Source: Candidatus Poribacteria bacterium (lineage in GTDB: Bacteria; Poribacteria; WGA-4E; PCPOR2b). Taken from it: a DNA stretch of 64,000 nt. The position numbers were made by a program, and so were the translations under genes. This document shows, piece by piece, positions 30,245 to 40,278 of the stretch. Under the pieces are notes generated by a model. The model made no database searches, was not told where the DNA came from, and saw only the letters and a list, made by a program, of their open reading frames with translations. The stretch lies in contig OZ244587.1 in assembly GCA_965218095.1 (NCBI GenBank), positions 1,088,001-1,152,000 of the forward strand, read 5' to 3'. How positions within the stretch are numbered: position 1 is the first letter of the stretch; each line of letters begins with the position of its first letter.

Positions 30245-31657
30245 ATGATTTGGAAAATGCAACTTAGTTTTCTCCTAATCTGTGTAATTTTATGTGCCAG
30301 CGGGTGCGGCGATAACCAATATCGCGATGATCGACTTCAAATGACAATCCAACAGTTGGATAGCGATCTCGACAACCGTTGGTCAACAACTGGCGTGGTG
30401 GTAATCGATGTGAATGCAAATAGTCCAGCAAGCCAGGCAGGACTTGAAGAGGGGGAACTGATTTCTTATGTGATTGGCGAACGAATAATCAACAGCAGCA
30501 GCGACTATAAACAAGCTGTCAAGCAGGCAATGAAGGACGACAACAATTTTATTCTCAAGCTGACAGATGGCCAAGAAATTCGACTGGCTGTCCGAAGGCG
30601 CGGCGATAAAGTCGGACTCGATGTTGACGGGGCCCGCATTAGCAAAGTAACCTCGGGCAGCCCGGCTGATACGAGCAACATCAAGGTAGACAACACGATT
30701 AAAAGCGTTATCGATGAACGGAATATCAAAACGATCAAAGACTATAAGAAAGCTATCCGTGAATTTGCGAAGCACGATTCTAAACTCACATTTCGCACAA
30801 CCGAATTGGTTGGTATTAAGATTGCCACTGTAAACGCACTCGGTAATCTGGGGGATGTACGAGCGGTAGATCCCTTAACGGCGATTGTAGAAAGCGAGGG
30901 GAGCACCCTGCGTCAGCCGGCTGCTGAAGCGCTGGAACGCCTCGTTGCATTGAGCCAATTGAACGATCTCTTCCAGCAATTCCAGGGTGCAAATGCGGAT
31001 GATTTACCTGCCGATCAGTTGCATCCGCAGAAACGTGAATCCGCAGAGATTCTAGGTCTGCTCACGGTCGATTTTGAAAACAACCGCGCGACGCTTAACC
31101 ATCCATTCGGCACCCAATTTCGGCACAGATCCGCAGCCTTATACCAAAGGATAACCGATGGACAAATGGTCGAACTGGCAAGAAAATATATCAGACGTGA
31201 AATTGAACCGGATCAAGAGATTCGGCGAGCTTGTATCTCCATGTTGGGAGACCTCAAACCGACATCCGCCATCGCGGATCTGATTCCCGTGATGGAGGAT
31301 AGCATGGAAGTTCCCGGCATCCGCTTCAAAGCTGGGCTTGCACTGAGTCAGATCGGCGGACCATCTGTCGATTCCCTCATTGCCACCTTTGATCGTGGTG
31401 ATGCGAGTGTTAAAGATATTGCCGCTTCTGCGCTCGGAAATATTGGTGGGAATAAAGCGCGAAATACCCTGATTAGAGCGCTGGAAACGATAGATGATCC
31501 AACAATTAAGCTGACTGTTGCAGACGCCGTTGCCAAAGTCGGCGATCCCCCTTCGATTGAGGCGCTTCGTCTCCAAAGGGAGCGGCTTCCAGAGGGAAGC
31601 GGCTTAAGGACATTCCTCAACGAGCTACTCAAACAGCTTGATACCCAATCGATGTAG
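30245..31657 (+). CDS. Lipoprotein with two PDZ domains and HEAT repeats
   Basis: Lipobox ASGC; GVVVIDVNANSPASQAGL, KVTSGSPA; ALG.IG HEAT repeats. Confidence 0.8.
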   Translation: MIWKMQLSFLLICVILCASGCGDNQYRDDRLQMTIQQLDSDLDNRWSTTGVVVIDVNANSPASQAGLEEGELISYVIGERIINSSSDYKQAVKQAMKDDNNFILKLTDGQEIRLAVRRRGDKVGLDVDGARISKVTSGSPADTSNIKVDNTIKSVIDERNIKTIKDYKKAIREFAKHDSKLTFRTTELVGIKIATVNALGNLGDVRAVDPLTAIVESEGSTLRQPAAEALERLVALSQLNDLFQQFQGANADDLPADQLHPQKRESAEILGLLTVDFENNRATLNHPFGTQFRHRSAALYQRITDGQMVELARKYIRREIEPDQEIRRACISMLGDLKPTSAIADLIPVMEDSMEVPGIRFKAGLALSQIGGPSVDSLIATFDRGDASVKDIAASALGNIGGNKARNTLIRALETIDDPTIKLTVADAVAKVGDPPSIEALRLQRERLPEGSGLRTFLNELLKQLDTQSM

Positions 31658-32003
31658 AGGTCGCCCCAGACAAGAATTCTGTTGTCCCAAAGAATATTCA
31701 CCAATCAGATAATAAAAAAGCCATAGATTCGACAAATCAAGCACCCGCCATGCAATGCCAGTCGCAGCAATCTATCCGGAAAATCGTTGTCGAGATTGGG
31801 GCACGGATTCCTGATCAGGAGTGGGCAAAAGCACCCGATGACGCCTCAATCAACCTAAAGCGCTATCTTTACGGATCACCGAAAAGGAACGCATGAGCGC
31901 CATATTTGCGGAGGCTGGATGTTGGATTGCGCTGTTCAATCCCTACGATGACTGGATCCTTTATTGAGACAACGGGAAAATTAGGGGAAGAGGGAACAGT
32001 CAA

Positions 32004-32132
32004 ATGAACGAAATCCTTCATGATGTCGTAGATGTGTTTGGCAATCGTGTTATTCTGACAAGACAGAGGTGGGATGAACACATCCTGGCACATCATCCGG
32101 AGATGCTTGGTCTCGCTGGAATGCCTGTATAA
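32004..32132 (+). pseudogene. Truncated RelE-like toxin N-terminus
   Basis: DVFGNRVILTRQRWDEHILAHHPEM, then ends abruptly. Confidence 0.4.
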
Positions 32133-32216
32133 ACAAGCCAAACCCGCTTGAAGCGCTTGCCACATGGTGCCCGTTGCTCATCAAGAATTATGGCGAAACT
32201 CCATCCCACAAACTTC

Positions 32217-33053
32217 ATGAAAATTGGCGTCACCTCAGATCTGCATACCGATGTTACCCCGCTGAATAAACAGATTCTCCCGTATATTGTCGAAGTAGCT
32301 GAAAAAGCAACTCTAGACATTTTCATCCTCGCCGGAGATCTCTCGCCCAACCTCCTTGAACTCGCCAATATCCTCGCCGCATTCACCGAATCCAATCTGA
32401 ACTGTCCAAAATTGTACGTCCCGGGAAATCACGATATCTGGGCTATCGAACATCCCGACGTCACGAGCGAACAGAAATACCATGCCATTGCGGCAATCTG
32501 TCGAAAGTGCGGATTCCATCCGCTGGACGCTGACCCTCTTGTTGAGAACGACATCGGTTTTTGCGGTACGATCGGTTGGTATGACTACTCGTTTCGACGC
32601 GAGGAGTATAACTTTTCAGAAGAGAGGTACGCGTCGAAACAATTCCTGGGCTCGATCTGGAATGATTTGAATTACGCGAAGTGGGATGGAACAGACCCAG
32701 AAATCGCGCATCGCTTTGAGGCGGGGCTGCAACACCAGATTCATTCGATTAGAGAGTCCGTTTCCCAGATTATCGTGACGACTCACCACGTTCCCTTCCG
32801 AGAGTGCGTAATCTATCGCGAAAAATTGCCCTGGGACTTTTTTAGTGCGTTTATGGGCAGTCAGGGGCTCGGCAAGATTTGCCTTGAAGAACCGCTTGTC
32901 ACGCACACCCTCTTTGGTCATACCCACACGCCAATGCAGCAGCAAATCGGTGATGTGACCGCGATCTGCTCTCCGGTTGGCTATCTGCATGAACCACCCG
33001 TGCAAGGCTTACCTGCTTATGCTCAAGAAAGACTAACCTGCTTTGAGATCTGA
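32217..33053 (+). CDS. Calcineurin-like metallophosphoesterase
   Basis: SDLH, AGD, PGNHD, GWYDYSF, THHVP, FGHTH. Confidence 0.9.
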   Translation: MKIGVTSDLHTDVTPLNKQILPYIVEVAEKATLDIFILAGDLSPNLLELANILAAFTESNLNCPKLYVPGNHDIWAIEHPDVTSEQKYHAIAAICRKCGFHPLDADPLVENDIGFCGTIGWYDYSFRREEYNFSEERYASKQFLGSIWNDLNYAKWDGTDPEIAHRFEAGLQHQIHSIRESVSQIIVTTHHVPFRECVIYREKLPWDFFSAFMGSQGLGKICLEEPLVTHTLFGHTHTPMQQQIGDVTAICSPVGYLHEPPVQGLPAYAQERLTCFEI

Positions 33054-33221
33054 CGCTTAGCGATGGATAAACGGTTTGTAAGCCAAGTTACGGAATCGTG
33101 GAACGTAGATTCGTACCATTCAAACGATGTGAAGAATCTTATCTCGAAAATCTACTAAGGTGTGATGTATGGCACAGGGTTAACCGGCTATCCGCAACCG
33201 TAACGAGGAGGTAACGATTGC

Positions 33222-36200
33222 ATGAACCATCTAAATCGACGGACTAGCGAATCAAGAAATCGGGTTATGGACTTCTTACGTTTTACGTTTTACGCATTGT
33301 ATTGTTTCTTTCTTTTTAACATTCTTGCTTCAGGGGCTCACGCCATCTTAAACGCCAGATTAGATCAAAACGGAATTACTGTCGAGTTTGATCTCCCAGA
33401 ACTTGAAGTCTCGACAATCGAACGTAATGGTATCCGGTATCAGGCGGTCAGCTTCGAGGGAAGCGGGTTTATTAATAAAGTCGGTAATCCACGCCTTCCT
33501 GTGTCGCGTGTCGTGCTCGGCGTGCCACCAGGCGTCGACTTTCACGTCGAAACCCTCCATGCAACAAATGAAACACGGCTCGGCTACCGCATCCCACCTG
33601 TCCCACATCGTGTGCCTCAGATCCGTGGAGATGACACGATTTCTCCTTCGCGCTCTGAAAACTTCCAGACGCTCGCAGAAAAATGGCGCGAAGATGGTCC
33701 CGCTTACCGAACACGCAGCGACTATCCCAAATCCCTTGCGCAAATTGTTTACGATGGCTACATCCGAGCCCAGCGGGTGATCTATCTGGAACTTCACCCG
33801 GTCCAGTATCAAACGAAATCGAGAGCGTTGCGGATTCACCCTCGCATGATTGTCCATGTCCACTTTGTGAATCAGGGACAATCAAATACCGGATTTCAGG
33901 GATCCAGTTTTTCGCCCTCCCGAGCCACAGTCGAAGAACCCGCCCCGTTTGAGCGGATGTACCAGAATTTTCTGTTGAACTACGATGACGCCAAACGTTG
34001 GCGCGTCCCGAGAACGAGCAGAAATACTGTCCCGGCAGCGCCCGCAGCGTCACGGCAGACGCTCGGGAAACGGTATAAGATTCTCGTCGATAAAACTGGC
34101 ATTTACCGCCTGACGAGCGAAGATCTGCGTCGAAAATGGGGGATTGATCTGAGAGGCGTGGATGCACGCCGTCTGCATCTGAAGACGAATAACCGGGAGA
34201 TTCCGATGTATATTCATGGTGAAGCGGATGGACGCTTCGATCGTGGAGACTACATCGAATTTCTCGGCCTGGATGCGAAGAGTCAGTATACGCGGTGGAA
34301 TGTCTATTGGTTGAGCGCAGAACAAACGCGTGGGGTGCGTGTTTCCGAAATCTATGCCAGTCCTGATGATCCTTTAGCAAAGCTCGTGCCCAGCTTTCGA
34401 TCGAAACTCCACTTTGAGGAAGATCATCTCCATAGTACCTTGCGGCAGGTTCACCCCGAAGATGTTTCACCGAGGGACAAGCACGGTTGGTTCGAGGCGC
34501 TCGACTTCTGGTACTGGACGGGCATCAAAAATCTGGCTGACGCGAATGAAGTCGATTTGGAGTTTCCGCTTTATGACCTGACTCAGAGCTTTGATCAACC
34601 AGGTATCCGCGTCACATTGCAAGGCGGAACGCCAACCGATCACGAGGTGCTTGTTTCAATCAACGGGGTCCGGATTGATGAAGCCAAATGGTCGAGTCAA
34701 AACATTACCACAGTTGAGCGAACATTACGGGTTTGGAACAACCTGCGAGATGCCGCCAAAGGTGAGAAGAATGTAATCACCCTCACCCGGGTTGATACCA
34801 CCACAGAAGAAAGTACCCGCCCCTATCCTTACCACGTTTATATTAATTCCTTCGATGTTGAGTATACCCGCCTGCTGAAGGCTGTCAACGATTACCTTGA
34901 ATTTACCTCTCCCGCCAGTACTGAGCTGCATGGCGTCCGAAAACGGCGTAATCTGGAATATACCATCCAGACCTTCCTTTCTCCCGATGTGGAGCTCTTT
35001 GAACACGATGGTGAAGTGTTGGTTTCAAAGTTGCAAAATCCGAAGATACAGCGCGTAAATCTGAATCGAGCAGAGCGGCTTCGTTTCCGCGAAATCCTCC
35101 GTTTCAACGCGGAACGTGACGACGAAGGTGAATCCGGGCAAATCCTACAGGACATTCCGCGCATCGCTTACAACGCAACCTTCCAGGTTCGTGATGCGCA
35201 TGACGCTAGGTATATTGCTGTCTCAGCCGCTGGTGTGCGTGAACCGGTCCGCGTCGAGATGGCACCGCCGAGCGATTTACTTTCTCCCTCCAATAGTGCA
35301 GATTATATCATCCTCAGTCACCCTGTATTCCTTGAGGCGGCAGAAAGATTGGCGCAGTGGCGATCGACACAAAAGGGTGGTGGATACCGAACGAAAGTCG
35401 TTGATGTGACCCAGATCTATGATCTCTTCAGCAACGGTATGGTTAATCCGAAAGCCATCAAAGCCTTCCTCAAGTACATTTACGAAAACTGGACGCCTCC
35501 TGCGCTTTCTTACGTCACAATTCTGGGGGATGGCACATTTGATCATCGCGGAATTGATGAGGAGCTCTATCCGGAACCTCCCGAATTGGCGGGCTATATC
35601 CCAACCCCCTACATCTGGACAACTTCCTTCGGGCAGACTTCCATCGATCACTGGTATACGACAGTCAAAGGCATTGACGAGCTCCCGGATTTCTACATTG
35701 GAAGGTTGAGCGTGGAAACGGTTGATCAAGCCAACAGTGTTGTCGAAAAGATTCTCAACTATGAAGGAAACCGCCCCAATGGAAGCTGGCGTCGTCGGAT
35801 CATCTCGGTGGCTGACGACGAAATCAATAACTCTGGCGATTCTATCTTCAAACGGAGCTTGACTGAGATTGCGAAAAACCACACGCTCCTCGGTTATGAA
35901 ACAATAGCAATCTATCTCGAAGATATCAATAAGATGGTCAAGGCGAACCCGGCAGTGTACCCTGGAAAGCTGCCGAAGTGGGTTGCAAAGGATATGATTA
36001 TTGATGCAATGGGCAAGGGGAGTGTTATTGCGCAATACGCCGGACACGGGGGGCGTATTGTTTGGGCGCATGAAGCAATCTATGATAACGCCGCTGTCGA
36101 TCGGGTGGACCAAACTGACCATCTCCCATTCATGCTGGTGTTGAGTTGTTATAACGGCTATTTTGATGCACCCGGCCAACCGAGCATAGCGGAAAAAATG

Positions 36201-39200
36201 CTCCGAAAGGAGAAAAGTGGCATTATCGGGATGTTGAGTGCCACACGCTTGACTTACGGCAGCGGTAACGATACCCTCAACCGGATCATCTTTGATGCGA
36301 TATTCAGACGAAACGAGCGTCAACTCGGTCCAATCAGCTTCGATTCCAAAGTGAAGCAACTGATACAGGACGGGCTTGGGCAGGTCAATATCGTCATGGA
36401 GTATACCCTCTTTGGCGATCCGGCGATGAAGCTCGCAATGGCGGATTATGAAGTTCAGGCAGAGATACAAACCAGAACGGTTGCGTCGGGACAACTTCTC
36501 AAAACTGCTCCCGGACAGATTGTCGATGTGACCTACGACCCGGTGATTAAGCAGAAGCGGTTTACTCCCGTTTCAAATTTCAATGGAAAGATTCAGGCGA
36601 AAGCAGTTTTCCCCGGCACATTTACAAGCGTTGAAGGGGAAGAAGAGACAATCGAGGTTTACTCCGGTAATGTTATAGTTGCCCAAGCAGCAACGGTGAG
36701 TCATGGCAGATTCCCCGGGTTTTCCCTCCCTGTTCCCAAAGGGATCAGCGCTGGCAACGCCCATGTTGAGTTTTATGCCGAGAACACGAGGCAAATCGCT
36801 GCCGGTGGAAGCTCCTTCACCGTGCTTGTACCGAAGATCGTCGACATACAGCCGGAGCTCGTTACCGGCAGTACAGGGAACACCAATCAACCGTCTCAGT
36901 TCCGCATCTCAGCGCAGGTTTCTGATGAATTGAAGGACCAAGGCATCAAGTCAGTCATTCTGGAGTGGCGCGACCCGGTAAAGAAGGAATGGTTCACAGA
37001 AACGATGATCAGGGACACATCACGCGGAAGTGGTTGGTATACTGTTTCCAAACCTTTACCGCTGCCCACCAACCGCAAAGCAGTGAGATATGAGATTACT
37101 GTCATCGACATCGACGATCAACAGGTAAATTCAGGTGCGCTGGAGTACCGTCCGTTCATATTTCCTGACGCACGAGTCATCGCCGGCGGCGGATTTTCAG
37201 GTTCGCTAATCTACTACGGATACTCCCGCGGCGAAGGAGGCTGGACGCTTAACGCAGACATTGAGCAGATTGAAGATATCGAGCTAAAAGAGAATCTAGA
37301 GGTCGCTTTCTTTGAAGGCAATCCGGACCGTGATAGCGATCTGGTGATCGATGCGGATGCAAAGCTCCTTGGGAAGACGCAGATTCGTCCCAGCGCATGG
37401 CAGCGTAAAAATCCAGTAGAACCCCACAAAACTTCACTGAAGGAAAGCCAGGGGAATGATGATCTGCTTCGACCACGTGCTTTTAAGGAGACGCCTCTCA
37501 ATACCAACTGGATCGCGACCGCAACGCTCCAGCATGAATTACCGATTGGCAACCACGAGATCTTCGCGTATGTCGATCCCGTATTTGATTCCGCCGAATT
37601 GCCTTATGGGAAACTGCGCGAAGGGGATGAGACAGACAACATCAATTCGCGTATCATCCAGGTTCAAAGTTTCCTCATCGGTAAGCAAGATCAGCACGTT
37701 TTTAGCCAAGATGCTATCATAGATTTCCGCATACCCGCTCGGGCTGTTCCACAACCCGCTGTCTTGACAATTATGCCGTTTAACGGCCAACAGCAGCCTA
37801 AAGCGGTGCATCAATCAAATCTAATATCGATTGCGCTGCCAAACGGCGATGATGCAGTGGCTTACAGCGCAACGCTGGATTTAGCAGCTTTGAATGCAAC
37901 GTCTATACAACAGCCAATCACAGCAGAACTTCGATTCGACCTCCCGGCATTGCAGGAGGCTGTCAAGGCAGAATTAGGCTTGGCAGAGATCTCTGAGCCG
38001 GTCCCTGATCAGATCGTTGCAATCAACGAAGGGGCAGAGCAGCAAGCGAAAGAGATCGGCATGTACCTTTGGGTGGAAGCGTTGAGTAAATGGGTACGCC
38101 TCGATTCAGAATTGATTACGTCGTCCAACGGATCAATACAAACCCAATCTGTAGTGGCGGATGTTAGCGAGTCAAATTACGGTGATGGCGAGATCTACAC
38201 AGTTAACATTGACCTAGCCGGCACACGTATTGGCAAATGGGTACTGTTCTTTACATCGCCCGAAACTTTCCGTGTGCTGGTTCATGAGGATGGAAAGCCG
38301 CTCAGGGAAATTGAGTCGAATCGCGTTGTTAATCGCATTGTTGACCAATCCACCGACACGCCAAGCACTTTCAGAAACGGCGTTGCCATCGGAATCGGCC
38401 CCAGCAAGAAGGCATTTCGGTTTGGAGATGTGCTTACCTTTCGGACGGCTCAAGGTCTAGTTAACGGCGAGGCTCTCACCTTTTATACATCAGGTTTCCG
38501 TAATGAGAATAACGGGACGGGTTCCCTTCAATACGTTCGTCTTGAGGAGAATTCAGCAATAGTGTCCGATCAGTGGGCTATCCTGTTTATCGATCCGGAT
38601 CGCTTCCAAGTAGAAGGAGAAAAGAGTGGTATCCTGTCGCGGAACGGTCAGCCGATCATTGGTAAAGTTAGAGAAGCGTTTGTCTCCCCTGAACTGGGTT
38701 TGCGTCTTAAAGTGTTACCGGGCGATTGGGAATTTGAGGCAGGAGACCACTTCCGGTTTAAGACAAAGAAGGCTGGACGGATACGTGCGGAAGTGCCGAT
38801 GTTCGGTACGTTGACACTGATGCGGAGTAACGATACTGTTCCGCCAGACCTCCAATTGACGATTGCCAAACAGAATTTTGTCGATGGCGATCCCGTCTCC
38901 CCAGAACCGCTCATCCAGGCGACCCTTACAGATGACAACGGTATTGACTACATCACTCGTCCGCTCGATCTTGGAATCAGTCGGAACAATCGTGAATTCC
39001 GGTTAATCCCAGAAACGGAGTATCGTCTCAGTCATCGGTCAGGTTCTAACCAGATTGTTCTAAACTACCAGTCTCCAAGGCTCGAACCTGGCACGTATCA
39101 AGTTCGCCTGACTGCAAGTGATCTCGACGGAAACGAATCTGAGGAGGAAGTTGAATTCCGTATCCATAAAATCCTTCAGCTACTCAGAGCCATGAACTAC

Positions 39201-39467
39201 CCAAACCCATTCAAGGAAGATACAGAGATTACCTGCGAGCTTACCGGTGCTGCTGACGAAATGACGGTCAAGATCTACAGCCTATCAGGGCGTTTGGTAC
39301 GGAAGTTCACGGAACCGGCTCCCGCCGGCTTCATGATGATGCCCTGGGACGGGCGCGACAGAGACGGCGAGGAGGTTGCAAATGGCGTGTACTACTGCAA
39401 GATCCGCGTCAAGATGCCGGAAGAGAAGGATTTGACGGAATACATCAAGATGATGAAGCTGAAGTGA
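33222..39467 (+). CDS. Large C25 (gingipain/PorU-like) cysteine peptidase with propeptide, CARDB-like and C-terminal FlgD-Ig/T9SS-CTD-like domains
   Basis: GNPRLP propeptide, TGIYRLT..DL, ADYIIL, ILGDGTFD, IGRL, YAGHG, LSCYNGYFD, LFGDPA; C-terminal NYPNPF...IYSLSGRLVR...WDGRD..G..VANGVYY. Confidence 0.9.
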   Translation: MNHLNRRTSESRNRVMDFLRFTFYALYCFFLFNILASGAHAILNARLDQNGITVEFDLPELEVSTIERNGIRYQAVSFEGSGFINKVGNPRLPVSRVVLGVPPGVDFHVETLHATNETRLGYRIPPVPHRVPQIRGDDTISPSRSENFQTLAEKWREDGPAYRTRSDYPKSLAQIVYDGYIRAQRVIYLELHPVQYQTKSRALRIHPRMIVHVHFVNQGQSNTGFQGSSFSPSRATVEEPAPFERMYQNFLLNYDDAKRWRVPRTSRNTVPAAPAASRQTLGKRYKILVDKTGIYRLTSEDLRRKWGIDLRGVDARRLHLKTNNREIPMYIHGEADGRFDRGDYIEFLGLDAKSQYTRWNVYWLSAEQTRGVRVSEIYASPDDPLAKLVPSFRSKLHFEEDHLHSTLRQVHPEDVSPRDKHGWFEALDFWYWTGIKNLADANEVDLEFPLYDLTQSFDQPGIRVTLQGGTPTDHEVLVSINGVRIDEAKWSSQNITTVERTLRVWNNLRDAAKGEKNVITLTRVDTTTEESTRPYPYHVYINSFDVEYTRLLKAVNDYLEFTSPASTELHGVRKRRNLEYTIQTFLSPDVELFEHDGEVLVSKLQNPKIQRVNLNRAERLRFREILRFNAERDDEGESGQILQDIPRIAYNATFQVRDAHDARYIAVSAAGVREPVRVEMAPPSDLLSPSNSADYIILSHPVFLEAAERLAQWRSTQKGGGYRTKVVDVTQIYDLFSNGMVNPKAIKAFLKYIYENWTPPALSYVTILGDGTFDHRGIDEELYPEPPELAGYIPTPYIWTTSFGQTSIDHWYTTVKGIDELPDFYIGRLSVETVDQANSVVEKILNYEGNRPNGSWRRRIISVADDEINNSGDSIFKRSLTEIAKNHTLLGYETIAIYLEDINKMVKANPAVYPGKLPKWVAKDMIIDAMGKGSVIAQYAGHGGRIVWAHEAIYDNAAVDRVDQTDHLPFMLVLSCYNGYFDAPGQPSIAEKMLRKEKSGIIGMLSATRLTYGSGNDTLNRIIFDAIFRRNERQLGPISFDSKVKQLIQDGLGQVNIVMEYTLFGDPAMKLAMADYEVQAEIQTRTVASGQLLKTAPGQIVDVTYDPVIKQKRFTPVSNFNGKIQAKAVFPGTFTSVEGEEETIEVYSGNVIVAQAATVSHGRFPGFSLPVPKGISAGNAHVEFYAENTRQIAAGGSSFTVLVPKIVDIQPELVTGSTGNTNQPSQFRISAQVSDELKDQGIKSVILEWRDPVKKEWFTETMIRDTSRGSGWYTVSKPLPLPTNRKAVRYEITVIDIDDQQVNSGALEYRPFIFPDARVIAGGGFSGSLIYYGYSRGEGGWTLNADIEQIEDIELKENLEVAFFEGNPDRDSDLVIDADAKLLGKTQIRPSAWQRKNPVEPHKTSLKESQGNDDLLRPRAFKETPLNTNWIATATLQHELPIGNHEIFAYVDPVFDSAELPYGKLREGDETDNINSRIIQVQSFLIGKQDQHVFSQDAIIDFRIPARAVPQPAVLTIMPFNGQQQPKAVHQSNLISIALPNGDDAVAYSATLDLAALNATSIQQPITAELRFDLPALQEAVKAELGLAEISEPVPDQIVAINEGAEQQAKEIGMYLWVEALSKWVRLDSELITSSNGSIQTQSVVADVSESNYGDGEIYTVNIDLAGTRIGKWVLFFTSPETFRVLVHEDGKPLREIESNRVVNRIVDQSTDTPSTFRNGVAIGIGPSKKAFRFGDVLTFRTAQGLVNGEALTFYTSGFRNENNGTGSLQYVRLEENSAIVSDQWAILFIDPDRFQVEGEKSGILSRNGQPIIGKVREAFVSPELGLRLKVLPGDWEFEAGDHFRFKTKKAGRIRAEVPMFGTLTLMRSNDTVPPDLQLTIAKQNFVDGDPVSPEPLIQATLTDDNGIDYITRPLDLGISRNNREFRLIPETEYRLSHRSGSNQIVLNYQSPRLEPGTYQVRLTASDLDGNESEEEVEFRIHKILQLLRAMNYPNPFKEDTEITCELTGAADEMTVKIYSLSGRLVRKFTEPAPAGFMMMPWDGRDRDGEEVANGVYYCKIRVKMPEEKDLTEYIKMMKLK

Positions 39468-39542
39468 AACGTGATGCGTAAGTTGTGAATTCCGATGCCG
39501 ATTTGAATCAATGGGAATGAAAGAGGTGAGCACACGCAAGAA

Positions 39543-39980
39543 GTGGATTTTGTTCGTGAGACATTGAGATTTGCCCAAACGTTTTTGCATATAGGGGTCA
39601 CAAACATCTGGTTATATCGGATGCTGTTGGGACGGCTGTATTACGCTGCCCATCACCTTGGCAGACGACTGCTCATTGAAATGGGTTTGTAGCTGGATCA
39701 ATGGCATGCGAATGTGCATCAGCGTGTATTGAATGGGTTGCATCAGCGGTATGTGACAACTGGGCATATGACTGTAGAGACGTGGACCGCATTAGATCAA
39801 CTGCGTGGCTTACGCCAAACGGCAGATTATGAATTGGCAACGCGAGCACGGTTGAGGCATGTCAACCGTGCTGTATCATTATTCACGCAATTTTCTGGAG
39901 AATGCTGTCAAATCTTGGGGGTGTGGCTCAATGGACTTAAGAGAAACAGTTGCTCGAATTATTCAAGAAGAGCTAGGTGA
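39543..39980 (+). pseudogene. HEPN-domain toxin with internal amber stop
   Basis: RLYYAAHH, H..V, LRQTADY motifs in one frame; TAG at 39690-39692. Confidence 0.7.
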
Positions 39981-40164
39981 CGGTCTTAAAAGGATACGAT
40001 TCACAGGTCCCTATGAAGGCGAGGAGTTCCATGTTATCATCGCACTCCATGACGAACCGGACGATTTTGAGGGGCGAGACGCCCGCTTGCACTACCGTGT
40101 GTGGGAACTTGGCCGCGACATTACCCTCTGCGTGGAGTTTCCCGAAGAGACAATTGTTGTGTGA
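39931..40164 (+). CDS. Small acidic protein, putative degenerate MNT-type antitoxin partner
   Basis: 77 aa ORF overlapping the HEPN gene end; EELGDGLKRIRFTG resembles the MNT N-terminus but lacks GS/DxD. Confidence 0.45.
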   Translation: MDLRETVARIIQEELGDGLKRIRFTGPYEGEEFHVIIALHDEPDDFEGRDARLHYRVWELGRDITLCVEFPEETIVV

Positions 40165-40278
40165 AGCGTGAGCACACAACGATGATCCAATCCGCGAAAT
40201 CCCACAGAATCCGCGGTTCTATAGTTAATTTCCAAAAAGCCGCGGCAGTATAGAAACTTCAAACGGAGAACTGAATCT

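Noticed and set aside
33472-34470. Long antisense ORFs (e.g. 33472-34470, 35277-36494, 174-974)
   Set aside because: They are shadows of well-supported genes on the opposite strand, with no recognisable motifs
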